This document shows, one piece after another, positions 56,605 through 64,000 of a stretch of 64,000 nucleotides of DNA. Location of the stretch: positions 2,016,001 through 2,080,000 of the forward strand of contig OY762209.1 of the NCBI GenBank assembly GCA_963665295.1. Reading direction: 5' to 3'. The notes beneath the pieces are model-generated. The model did no database searches and was not told the origin of the DNA. It saw only the letters and a program-made list of their open reading frames with translations. Each line of letters opens with the position of its first letter. Positions within the stretch are counted from its first letter, which is position 1. The DNA is from Syntrophorhabdaceae bacterium. Its GTDB lineage: Bacteria; Desulfobacterota; Syntrophorhabdia; Syntrophorhabdales; Syntrophorhabdaceae. The translations under genes were made by a program, and so were the position numbers.

Positions 56605-59247
56605 ATGAATAACAAAGACAATGCGGAGCGGATTGACGGCGAACACACGGTGCGGGGGGACAGCGGCGAGATCCTGAGCCGGGCGTGCGCGGAGAATCGC
56701 AGCTACCTGATGGAGCACGAGAGCAAACAGATTCTTGAAAATGCCGGGGTCAGGACTACGGGCTGTATGGTGGCCCTGTCCGAAGACAAGGCGGTCGGGA
56801 TGAGCAGGAGTCTCGATTATCCGGTGGTCCTGAAGATAGTCTCTCCTGATGTAGTCCATAAGACCGATTCCGGCGGCGTGAAGCTCGACCTTAAGAGTGA
56901 GGCCGATGTAAGGGCAGCGTACCGGGATATCCTGTCCCGGTTCAGCAAGGAACACGTTACGGGCGTATCAGTGCAGAAGATGGCCCCCCAGGGGATAGAG
57001 GCCATTGTGGGAGTCACGCGGGACGCAAGTTTCGGGTCCGTGCTCATGTTCGGTCTCGGCGGCATATTCGCAGAAGTTTTGAAAGACGTCACCTTCAGGG
57101 TCCTGCCCATCACAGAGGACTCGGCGGCCGAGATGATCGAGGAGATAAAGGGGTACTCCCTTCTCACGGGATACCGGGGTCAATCCGTCGATATCCCCGC
57201 TTTGAAGGAATTGCTCCTTAAAGTATCCAACCTTGCCATGACACACCCCGAGATCAGGGAACTCGACCTCAATCCCGTGCTGCTCTATCCTTCGGGCTAT
57301 GTGGCGGTGGACGCCCGAATATTCGTGGACCATATCCCGCCGGAACCCGTAGTGGAACCTGCGGCGGCAAAAGAGAGCCTTTACGACCTGTTCTACCCCC
57401 GAAGCATTGCGATCCTGGGCGCCACCGACTCCCCGGGCAAGCTTGGGTATAATGTCATGTGGAACCTCCTTTCCCACAAGTTCGCCGGAAAACTTTATCC
57501 CGTGAACCCCCGGAAAGAGACGCTCCTGGGGCTCAAGGCCTATGCGTCGATCCTCGATGTGGAAGAACCCGTTGATGTGGCCATCATTATTGTTCCCGCG
57601 GCGGCGGCCCCGAAAGCCATAGAGGATTGTTGCCGGAAGGGCGTCGGATATCTCGTGGTGGAGACGGCGGGATTCGCGGAAACCGGAGAAGCGGGACGTC
57701 GGATACAGTCCTACATAAAGGACCTCATTGTGGAGAACGGGTGCCGCCTTCTCGGCCCCAACTGCTCGGGGGTGATCAACACCCACCACAACATGGTTCA
57801 ATCCATCGGGATCATCGACCAGTTGCGTAAGGGCAACGTGGGGCTTATCGCCCAGGCGGGCGTTTACGCGGCGGGCATTCTTACGGGACTGAGAAATGTC
57901 CTTGATTTCGGGATCATCGCCACCATCGGCAACAAGATGGACGTAAGTGAGGCGGATATACTTGAATTCATGGGCGAAGACGAGTCCATAGACGTGATCG
58001 CCCTTTACATGGAAGATGTGACAAGCGGTCACCGCTTCGTGGACGTGGCGGGACGGGTCTCCGGAAAGAAGCCCGTGATTGTCCTCAAGGCAGGGCGGAC
58101 GGAGATGGGAAAGAAGGCCGTTTCCTCACACACCGCGTCCATGGCGGGAAACGACGAGATCAACAGCGCGGCCTTCCGGCAAAGCGGCGTGATTCGCGCT
58201 CGGGACAACGAACACCTCTTTTCATTAATGCGCGCCTTTTCCAAGCAACCCCTGCCGAAAGGTCCCGGGGTCCTGGTGGTCACCTATACGGGGTCCCTTG
58301 GCGTGGCCACGACGGACATGCTCTACACGAGCCACATGAGACTGGCCGAACTCGAAGCTCACCTGAAAGAAAGACTGGCCAAAGTCCTGGACGATTATCT
58401 TAACATTCAGAACCCGGTGGACTGCTCCTTCAGCATGAGTCCCGAACAGGTGAAGGAGATCATCGAGATCGGCGTGCAGAGCGAAGACGTACACGGTCTG
58501 GTGGTGATAGTCCAGGGAGAGATGCTCGGCTCCTATGTGGACACCCTGACAGGCATCGACTACAAGGGGAAGCCTGTCTTCTGCTGCGTTGCCTGCAAGG
58601 AATTCGTAATGGACCACGTAATCCGGATGGAACAAAAGGGCGTTCCCGTCTATTCCACCCCGGAAATGGCGGCGGAAGTCCTGGGAGAGATGTACCGGTA
58701 CAGCCGCCGGTGTATGAAGGTCCGGATCAAGGCCCTTGACGGTTTTCTGGCCGACAATTCGCCCACCGTTGATAACCGGCGGATTCGGCTCAGACTACTT
58801 ACTCAAAACGACATGGCCTTATGGACGGAATTCGTGAAAAGCTGTTCCGACCGGTCTCTGTGGCTCCGTTTTCTTTCTCCCTTCAGTCCCACGCCGGAGA
58901 GAGCGGAACGGTTCTGCAACATCAGTCCGGAAGAAGAACTGGCGGTGGTTGCGGAGATAAGCGAGGGAGACAAGAAGAAACTTATCGGCATAGCCCGGCT
59001 CATCAGATGCCGGAGCCTTGACGAAGCCGAATATGCCGTGATCGTCACCGATTCATGGCAACAGAAGAAGTTGGGCCGCATGCTGTCGGAAACGTGCGTG
59101 AAGCTGGCCAAACACCTGGATATGCGGGTTGTGAACGCGGAAACAGTGGACGAGAACCTGCCTATGACGAGGGTCCTCAGCCAGTGCCGCTTCAAGATGG
59201 CAAACAAGGAAAGGAACATGATCCTTATGTCCCTGACCCTTAAGTAG
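56605..59247 (+). CDS. ADP-forming acyl-CoA ligase-family protein fused to a C-terminal GNAT (Pat-like)
   Basis: N-terminal ATP-grasp (PVVLKIVSPDVVHKTDSGGV, ELDLNP), CoA-binding (YPVNP, GPNC), SSHTASMAG, then GNAT (EAEYAVIVTDSWQQKKLG). Confidence 0.85.
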   Translation: MNNKDNAERIDGEHTVRGDSGEILSRACAENRSYLMEHESKQILENAGVRTTGCMVALSEDKAVGMSRSLDYPVVLKIVSPDVVHKTDSGGVKLDLKSEADVRAAYRDILSRFSKEHVTGVSVQKMAPQGIEAIVGVTRDASFGSVLMFGLGGIFAEVLKDVTFRVLPITEDSAAEMIEEIKGYSLLTGYRGQSVDIPALKELLLKVSNLAMTHPEIRELDLNPVLLYPSGYVAVDARIFVDHIPPEPVVEPAAAKESLYDLFYPRSIAILGATDSPGKLGYNVMWNLLSHKFAGKLYPVNPRKETLLGLKAYASILDVEEPVDVAIIIVPAAAAPKAIEDCCRKGVGYLVVETAGFAETGEAGRRIQSYIKDLIVENGCRLLGPNCSGVINTHHNMVQSIGIIDQLRKGNVGLIAQAGVYAAGILTGLRNVLDFGIIATIGNKMDVSEADILEFMGEDESIDVIALYMEDVTSGHRFVDVAGRVSGKKPVIVLKAGRTEMGKKAVSSHTASMAGNDEINSAAFRQSGVIRARDNEHLFSLMRAFSKQPLPKGPGVLVVTYTGSLGVATTDMLYTSHMRLAELEAHLKERLAKVLDDYLNIQNPVDCSFSMSPEQVKEIIEIGVQSEDVHGLVVIVQGEMLGSYVDTLTGIDYKGKPVFCCVACKEFVMDHVIRMEQKGVPVYSTPEMAAEVLGEMYRYSRRCMKVRIKALDGFLADNSPTVDNRRIRLRLLTQNDMALWTEFVKSCSDRSLWLRFLSPFSPTPERAERFCNISPEEELAVVAEISEGDKKKLIGIARLIRCRSLDEAEYAVIVTDSWQQKKLGRMLSETCVKLAKHLDMRVVNAETVDENLPMTRVLSQCRFKMANKERNMILMSLTLK

Positions 59248-59625
59248 GCCGGATGCAGTCGTAACATAGCCAACTTGGATCGGTCGCCTTGGATAAGCGA
59301 CCAATCCTCTGCCAGTTGAGGGAGTGTCCTCGTGCGGTGGAGACTCCCTCAACACCCTAACCCAAAAAAGCAAAAAAGTGAAGTGGAATATAGACCTGAT
59401 TGTTCGTTGCAGCTTGCTGCAAGGTAAAACGGGTAGGTGTCTGCAACAGAGGGTCTTTCCCCTGACAGCCCGTAGCTTGCCGCAGGGAGGTTCATTACGG
59501 GGCTACTCCATTATGGTACGGCCCCGCTTTGCGATTCAATCTATCTTCGCGCCCGGAAGTCCGGGCCGTCGCGCCCTCCCTTACCTGCGTGCTGCCTGCC
59601 GGCGGGGAAGCCCCGTGGTGTGGAA

Positions 59626-59661
59626 TAGTAAAGGGCCGGAATTGCTTCCGGCCCTTTACTA
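59626..59661. terminator. Perfect 16-bp hairpin, probable bidirectional terminator
   Basis: TAGTAAAGGGCCGGAA-TTGC-TTCCGGCCCTTTACTA between convergent genes. Confidence 0.7.
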
Positions 59662-59736
59662 CGTCCCTAATGATACAAATAAGCGATGGTGGAGGCCCCG
59701 GCGAGTTGTAAGACGGCCGGGCCCTCCTTTTTGGCA

Positions 59737-61704
59737 CTAACCTAATTTTTTCCTTCCATCAACCAGATCGTCAACGACGGTCGGCTCCGCGAGGGTCGAA
59801 GTGTCGCCGAAATCCTCGAACTTGGCGGCTGCAACCTGTCTCAGGACACGACGCATGATCTTGCCCGATCTCGTCTTGGGAAGCCCGTCGGCCCACTGAA
59901 TCTGATCCGGTGAGGCGATGGGTCCGATCTCCTTACGCACGAGGGCGACGAGGTCCGCTTTGAGCTTATCCGTCTTTTCCGCGCCCGTGTTCAATGTGAC
60001 GAATGCAAAGATTCCCTGGCCCTTGATGTCGTGCGGGAATCCCACGACAGCCGATTCGGCTACCATGGGGTGGAGTGTCAGTGCGCTTTCGATCTCGGCG
60101 GTTCCGAGCCTGTGGCCGGAAACATTGATAACGTCGTCAACCCTGCCGGTGATCTTGTAGTCGCCGTCCGCGTCCCGCTCCGCGCCGTCACCTGAGAAGT
60201 AGTAGCCCGGGAACTGGACGAAATAGTTTTTCTTGAACAGGTCGGGATTGCCGAATACTCCCCTCATCATGCCGGGCCAGGCTCCCTTTATGCAAAGTGC
60301 TCCCTTGCCCACGCCCGTGATCTCTTTACCGTCCTCGTCCATGATGGCCGGCTTTACGCCGAAGAAAGGCACCATGCACTTGGCGGGTTTGATGTCAATT
60401 GCGCCGGGCAAAGGCAGGATCATGTGTCCGCCTGTTTCCGTCTGCCACCAGGTGTCGGAGATCGTGCACCTGCTGCCGCCTACCTTGTCATAGAACCACC
60501 ACCAGGCTTCGGGGTTCAGCGGCTCGCCGACGGAGCCCAGAACGCGGAGCGATGAAAGGTCGTGCATTTCCACCCACTGGTTTCCCTCTTTGGCCACCGC
60601 GCGGATTGCGGTCGGAGCGGTATAGAAGTTATTGACATTGTATTTCTCCACGACCTGCCAGAAGCGGTCGAAGCCGGGATAGCTGGGAACGCCTTCGAAG
60701 ATGATGCTGCTGTGGCCGTTGGTGAGAGGCCCGTAGACGCAATAGCTGTGACCGGTTACCCAGCCGATGTCGGCCGTACACCAGTATGTGTCTTCTTCCC
60801 GCACGTCGAAGGCAAGCTGCTGTGTCATGGAAGCATAGAGCAGGTAGCCGCCGGTCGTATGGAGAACGCCCTTGGGTGTTCCCGTGGAACCCGAGGTGTA
60901 GAGGATGAACAGCGGGTCTTCGGCATCCATTTCCTCAGGCTTGCAGTACTTCGCCGCTTTTGCCATCAGGTCTTCGTACCAGATGTCCTGGCCTTCCTTC
61001 ATGTCGACTTTCGTGCCGGTTCGTTTTACGACGATCATGTTCTTTATCGTAGGACACTGGGCGGCCGCGTTGTCTGCGTTCACTTTCTGCGGCACTGCCT
61101 TGGCGCCCCTGTATGTGCCGTCACAGGTGATGAGCAGGGTGGACTTGCAGTCGTTGATCCTGTCTCTCAATGCTTCCGCGGAGAAACCGCCGAATACGAT
61201 GGCGTGGATTGCGCCGATCCTGGTACAGGCGAGCATGGTGATGACCAGTTCGGGGATCATGGGGAGATAGATGGTGACCACATCGCCTTTCTTGATGCCC
61301 ATATCCTTGAGGACGTTGGCGAACTTGTTCACTTCGCGGTACACATCCCAGTAGGTGTAAACCTTCCAGTCGTTGGGGTCGTTGCCTTCGAAGATGATGG
61401 CAGCCTTGTTTTTCTTTGTCTCCAGGTGCCTGTCGAGGCAGTTGTAACTTACATTGAGCTTTCCGCCTTCAAACCATTTCACGTGAAGGTCGTCGCCGAA
61501 AGAGCAGTCAGAGACTTTGTTCTTGTCGAAAGGTTTGAACCAGGTCAATCTCTTTAAGGCCTGCTCCGCCCAGAAGGCGTCAGGGTTTTCGATGGACTCT
61601 TTGTAGAGTTTGTCGTACTCCGCTCTGCTTTTGATGTACGATTTTTCCCTCACCCTGTCAGGAACGGGAAATACTTTGTCGTAGAAATCAGTTTCGTTAG
61701 CCAT
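59737..61704 (-). CDS. acs: AMP-forming acetyl-CoA synthetase
   Basis: YTSGSTGTPKG, WCTADIGW, DTWWQTETG, PKTRSGKIMRR; AAGGAGG SD before ATG 61704. Confidence 0.95.
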   Translation of the reverse strand: MANETDFYDKVFPVPDRVREKSYIKSRAEYDKLYKESIENPDAFWAEQALKRLTWFKPFDKNKVSDCSFGDDLHVKWFEGGKLNVSYNCLDRHLETKKNKAAIIFEGNDPNDWKVYTYWDVYREVNKFANVLKDMGIKKGDVVTIYLPMIPELVITMLACTRIGAIHAIVFGGFSAEALRDRINDCKSTLLITCDGTYRGAKAVPQKVNADNAAAQCPTIKNMIVVKRTGTKVDMKEGQDIWYEDLMAKAAKYCKPEEMDAEDPLFILYTSGSTGTPKGVLHTTGGYLLYASMTQQLAFDVREEDTYWCTADIGWVTGHSYCVYGPLTNGHSSIIFEGVPSYPGFDRFWQVVEKYNVNNFYTAPTAIRAVAKEGNQWVEMHDLSSLRVLGSVGEPLNPEAWWWFYDKVGGSRCTISDTWWQTETGGHMILPLPGAIDIKPAKCMVPFFGVKPAIMDEDGKEITGVGKGALCIKGAWPGMMRGVFGNPDLFKKNYFVQFPGYYFSGDGAERDADGDYKITGRVDDVINVSGHRLGTAEIESALTLHPMVAESAVVGFPHDIKGQGIFAFVTLNTGAEKTDKLKADLVALVRKEIGPIASPDQIQWADGLPKTRSGKIMRRVLRQVAAAKFEDFGDTSTLAEPTVVDDLVDGRKKLG

Positions 61705-62021
61705 TGTTTCCTCCTTGTCCTTGAGTGTTTTACCAGGCATACAGACCGACAGGACCGATATGTCTGATTTATGTATCTTTTTTCCGGGAAAAGAAGTGAT
61801 TTTGCTTTCTGCGGCAACGATAAGCGCTATTTTCTTCTTTTCATGGATGATATAGAAGGATAGAATATATAAATCGGTTTGGGTATCGGCATGGGGATGA
61901 TTTCACTGTGGGCCATACACTTACAAACCGTCGGCGACCGGCCGACCGGCCGTGCGCGCGGGCACCCTGAGGGAAAAAGGATCGGTCAAGGATCACTTTG
62001 TGGTTGTGAGAACCATGCCTT

Positions 62022-62600
62022 ATGGCGTATAATAATCGAGAAATGTCAAGGAGAAGGGGAGGAAGGTCCGGCGCAGTGAACGAATCTCGGCCACAGCCGT
62101 CTTTACAGTCCCCCGGTGGCGCTCCCGCACCGCAGCCTGCCCCTGCGAGCTCCAGTCGCGGCGCGCGTCCCCCGGCCCATCTGTCCGACGAACTTAAGGA
62201 TATCTTCGAGAAGGCGGCTGAGAGGGCGAAGAACGATCTGGCCCATACAGGGAAGATCCGGCCCACCGCGTTCTTTGTCTATACGGACGGTACCATGAAG
62301 GTGGTGTCCCTGTCCTACAAGGACGACCTGCACCGGGAAATACTCATTAGGAGAATCCGTGAGAAGGCATCGGCGGAAAACGTTTCCGAAGTCCTCGTGC
62401 TCACGGAAGCCGAGCAGGGACGGCACACCATGACCGTTCTGTCGGCCGCAACCGCCGCCACCCGGATAGACTACACTTATAGTAAGGAAGCAAAGACCGT
62501 CACCTCATGGAAGATCATCTGGCTCGACAGGCCTGTAAGAAACGTCTTCCTCAACGGTATTTTCGACAAGGACAAGAGCATCAAAGGCTTTACAGGCTGA
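62022..62600 (+). CDS. Hypothetical protein
   Basis: 192-aa ORF with a disordered R/P-rich N-terminus and a globular-looking C-terminus. Confidence 0.6.
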   Translation: MAYNNREMSRRRGGRSGAVNESRPQPSLQSPGGAPAPQPAPASSSRGARPPAHLSDELKDIFEKAAERAKNDLAHTGKIRPTAFFVYTDGTMKVVSLSYKDDLHREILIRRIREKASAENVSEVLVLTEAEQGRHTMTVLSAATAATRIDYTYSKEAKTVTSWKIIWLDRPVRNVFLNGIFDKDKSIKGFTG

Positions 62601-62731
62601 ATCACCGTTTCTGAGACAAAACCCGCAAACCACATTAACGAGGGATCCATTGAGCAGATAGGGTCCGCCGCGGAGTGCAGCCCGGGTCCGGCGTTGCCGG
62701 ACGGGCGGCCTCCGGTACTTTCTGTGTTTTA

Positions 62732-62760
62732 TTGACATGGCAGGCGGATATTTCTATACT
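62732..62760 (+). promoter_or_regulatory. sigma70 promoter
   Basis: TTGACA-17 nt-TATACT. Confidence 0.75.
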
Positions 62761-62807
62761 CCCCTTCATGAGAGGAAATCCTATTGCCGCGGAAAAAGGG
62801 GGAAGTA

Positions 62808-64000
62808 ATGTCAAAAGCAGGAATTATGAGGGCTATGTATCTGTGTTGCGCCCTGGTTGCGGCCTTTGTGTCCGCCGGGGAGGCGGGAGCGCAAATGCCC
62901 TATGAGAAGGCAATCGTCACGGCCCGCAGCGGGATCTGGCAGGCCATAAACAGCGGCGGATGCGGGAGCGCCACCGTCGCCATAATGGTGGACGGGAACG
63001 CCGTGTATGCCGAGGGATTCGGCATGGCGAACAGGGAGAAGGGCATCCCTGTCGATGCAGCCACAATCTTCAATATCGGCTCCATCAGCAAGGTCTATGC
63101 GGCAACGGCAATCATGCTGCTCGTTGACGAAGGTAAGGTGTCCCTCGATAAACCGGTGACACACTATCTTCCGGAATTCACAATGGCCGACGACAGGTAC
63201 AGGTTGATCACCGTAAGGATGACGTTGAACCACACATCGGGCATGCCGGGGACCGAGGGCGCGAATTCCTTCGGGTTCAGATACGATGACAATATAAAGC
63301 GGGAAACCATGGATACCCTGGCCCGCGCCCACCTCAAGCACGCCCCCGGCGCAATGGCGGTCTACTGTAATGACGGGTTTACGCTGGCGGAAATGATAGT
63401 GGAGCGGGTGAGCGGAAAGAAATACATCGATTTTCTCGACGAAAGAATATTCCGCCCCCTGGGCCTGAAAAATACGGGGGTAAGCGTTGGCGGGATCAAG
63501 GGCAAGCCTGTGGCGCTGTATTATGACTCGAAGACAGGAAAACGCCACCCCCCTGAAGTGCTCTCGATCCTGGGCGCGGGCGGGCTGTCGTCAACCGCCG
63601 GGGAGCTTTGCCTCTTCATGGACATCTTTTCGCCGGAAAACAAGCTCCTGACGAAGGCGTCTCTCGATGAGATGAAGAGAGCCCAGCCTTCGTCTTTCGT
63701 GGGGAAGTTCCGGAACCCCACTATTTCCTATGGGCTGGGCTGGGACCTTACGGGTCTCCCGCGGTATGACGCGGCGGGAGTTCAGGTGCTGGGCAAGAGC
63801 GGCGGCACCGGAAACTACTCGTCCATGGTCTTCACGGTTCCCGAAAAGAGGATATCCGTTGCGGTCATTGCGTCCGGAGCCCAAAGCGGTGCGCTGAAGA
63901 TCGCATTGGACGTATTGGACGCGGTGCTGGTTGAGAAGAAGCTGGTTCCAAAGGAAGAGAAGGGCATCGCGATACCGCCGGAAGCAAAGAAATTGCCCCA
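62808..64000 (+). CDS. Secreted serine hydrolase (beta-lactamase class C/AmpH-like), runs off the window
   Basis: Manual translation: signal peptide, FNIGSISK (SxxK), LNHTSG, YCN (YxN), GKSGG. Confidence 0.88.
   Translation, partial: MSKAGIMRAMYLCCALVAAFVSAGEAGAQMPYEKAIVTARSGIWQAINSGGCGSATVAIMVDGNAVYAEGFGMANREKGIPVDAATIFNIGSISKVYAATAIMLLVDEGKVSLDKPVTHYLPEFTMADDRYRLITVRMTLNHTSGMPGTEGANSFGFRYDDNIKRETMDTLARAHLKHAPGAMAVYCNDGFTLAEMIVERVSGKKYIDFLDERIFRPLGLKNTGVSVGGIKGKPVALYYDSKTGKRHPPEVLSILGAGGLSSTAGELCLFMDIFSPENKLLTKASLDEMKRAQPSSFVGKFRNPTISYGLGWDLTGLPRYDAAGVQVLGKSGGTGNYSSMVFTVPEKRISVAVIASGAQSGALKIALDVLDAVLVEKKLVPKEEKGIAIPPEAKKLP

Noticed and set aside
62808..64000. Antibiotic-resistance beta-lactamase
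   Set aside because: SxxK/YxN motifs are shared by the broad serine-hydrolase family; nothing specifically indicates AmpC activity, and the gene is incomplete.

Overview
Bacterial chromosomal window. The gene complement (sigma54-driven flagellar cluster, HDOD/HEAT chemosensory genes, tRNA-Sec, ADP-forming acyl-CoA ligase) suggests an anaerobic Desulfobacterota-like organism; this is inference only. Left to right: (1) the start of a TolC/FixH-type metal-efflux operon, a deletion scar and two type II toxin-antitoxin (TA) loci; (2) carB; (3) a ~14.4 kb integrase-less island between tRNA-Sec (selC, 22032-22127) and a 27-bp copy of its 3' end (7616-7642). The island carries a type III restriction-modification (RM) system whose mod gene was destroyed by nested IS21/IS3 insertions, an AbiGi/ART-like gene, an uncharacterised two-gene cassette (unknown protein plus PD-(D/E)XK nuclease) that is the best candidate for an undescribed defence system, two more TA loci, gene debris and a chimeric IS630 transposase; (4) a ~30.6 kb minus-strand flagellar/chemotaxis cluster with unusual parts: a 905-aa FliK with 14 tandem 21-aa repeats, CheA with tandem MshEN-like motifs instead of P2, a degenerate FlhF paired with a trimmed FlhG, and three sigma54 promoters with two classes of enhancer site; (5) a PAS kinase with duplicated NarL-type regulators, a domain-permuted acyl-CoA ligase-GNAT fusion convergent with acs, and a serine hydrolase running off the end. 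All family calls come from motif recognition; no database searches were run.
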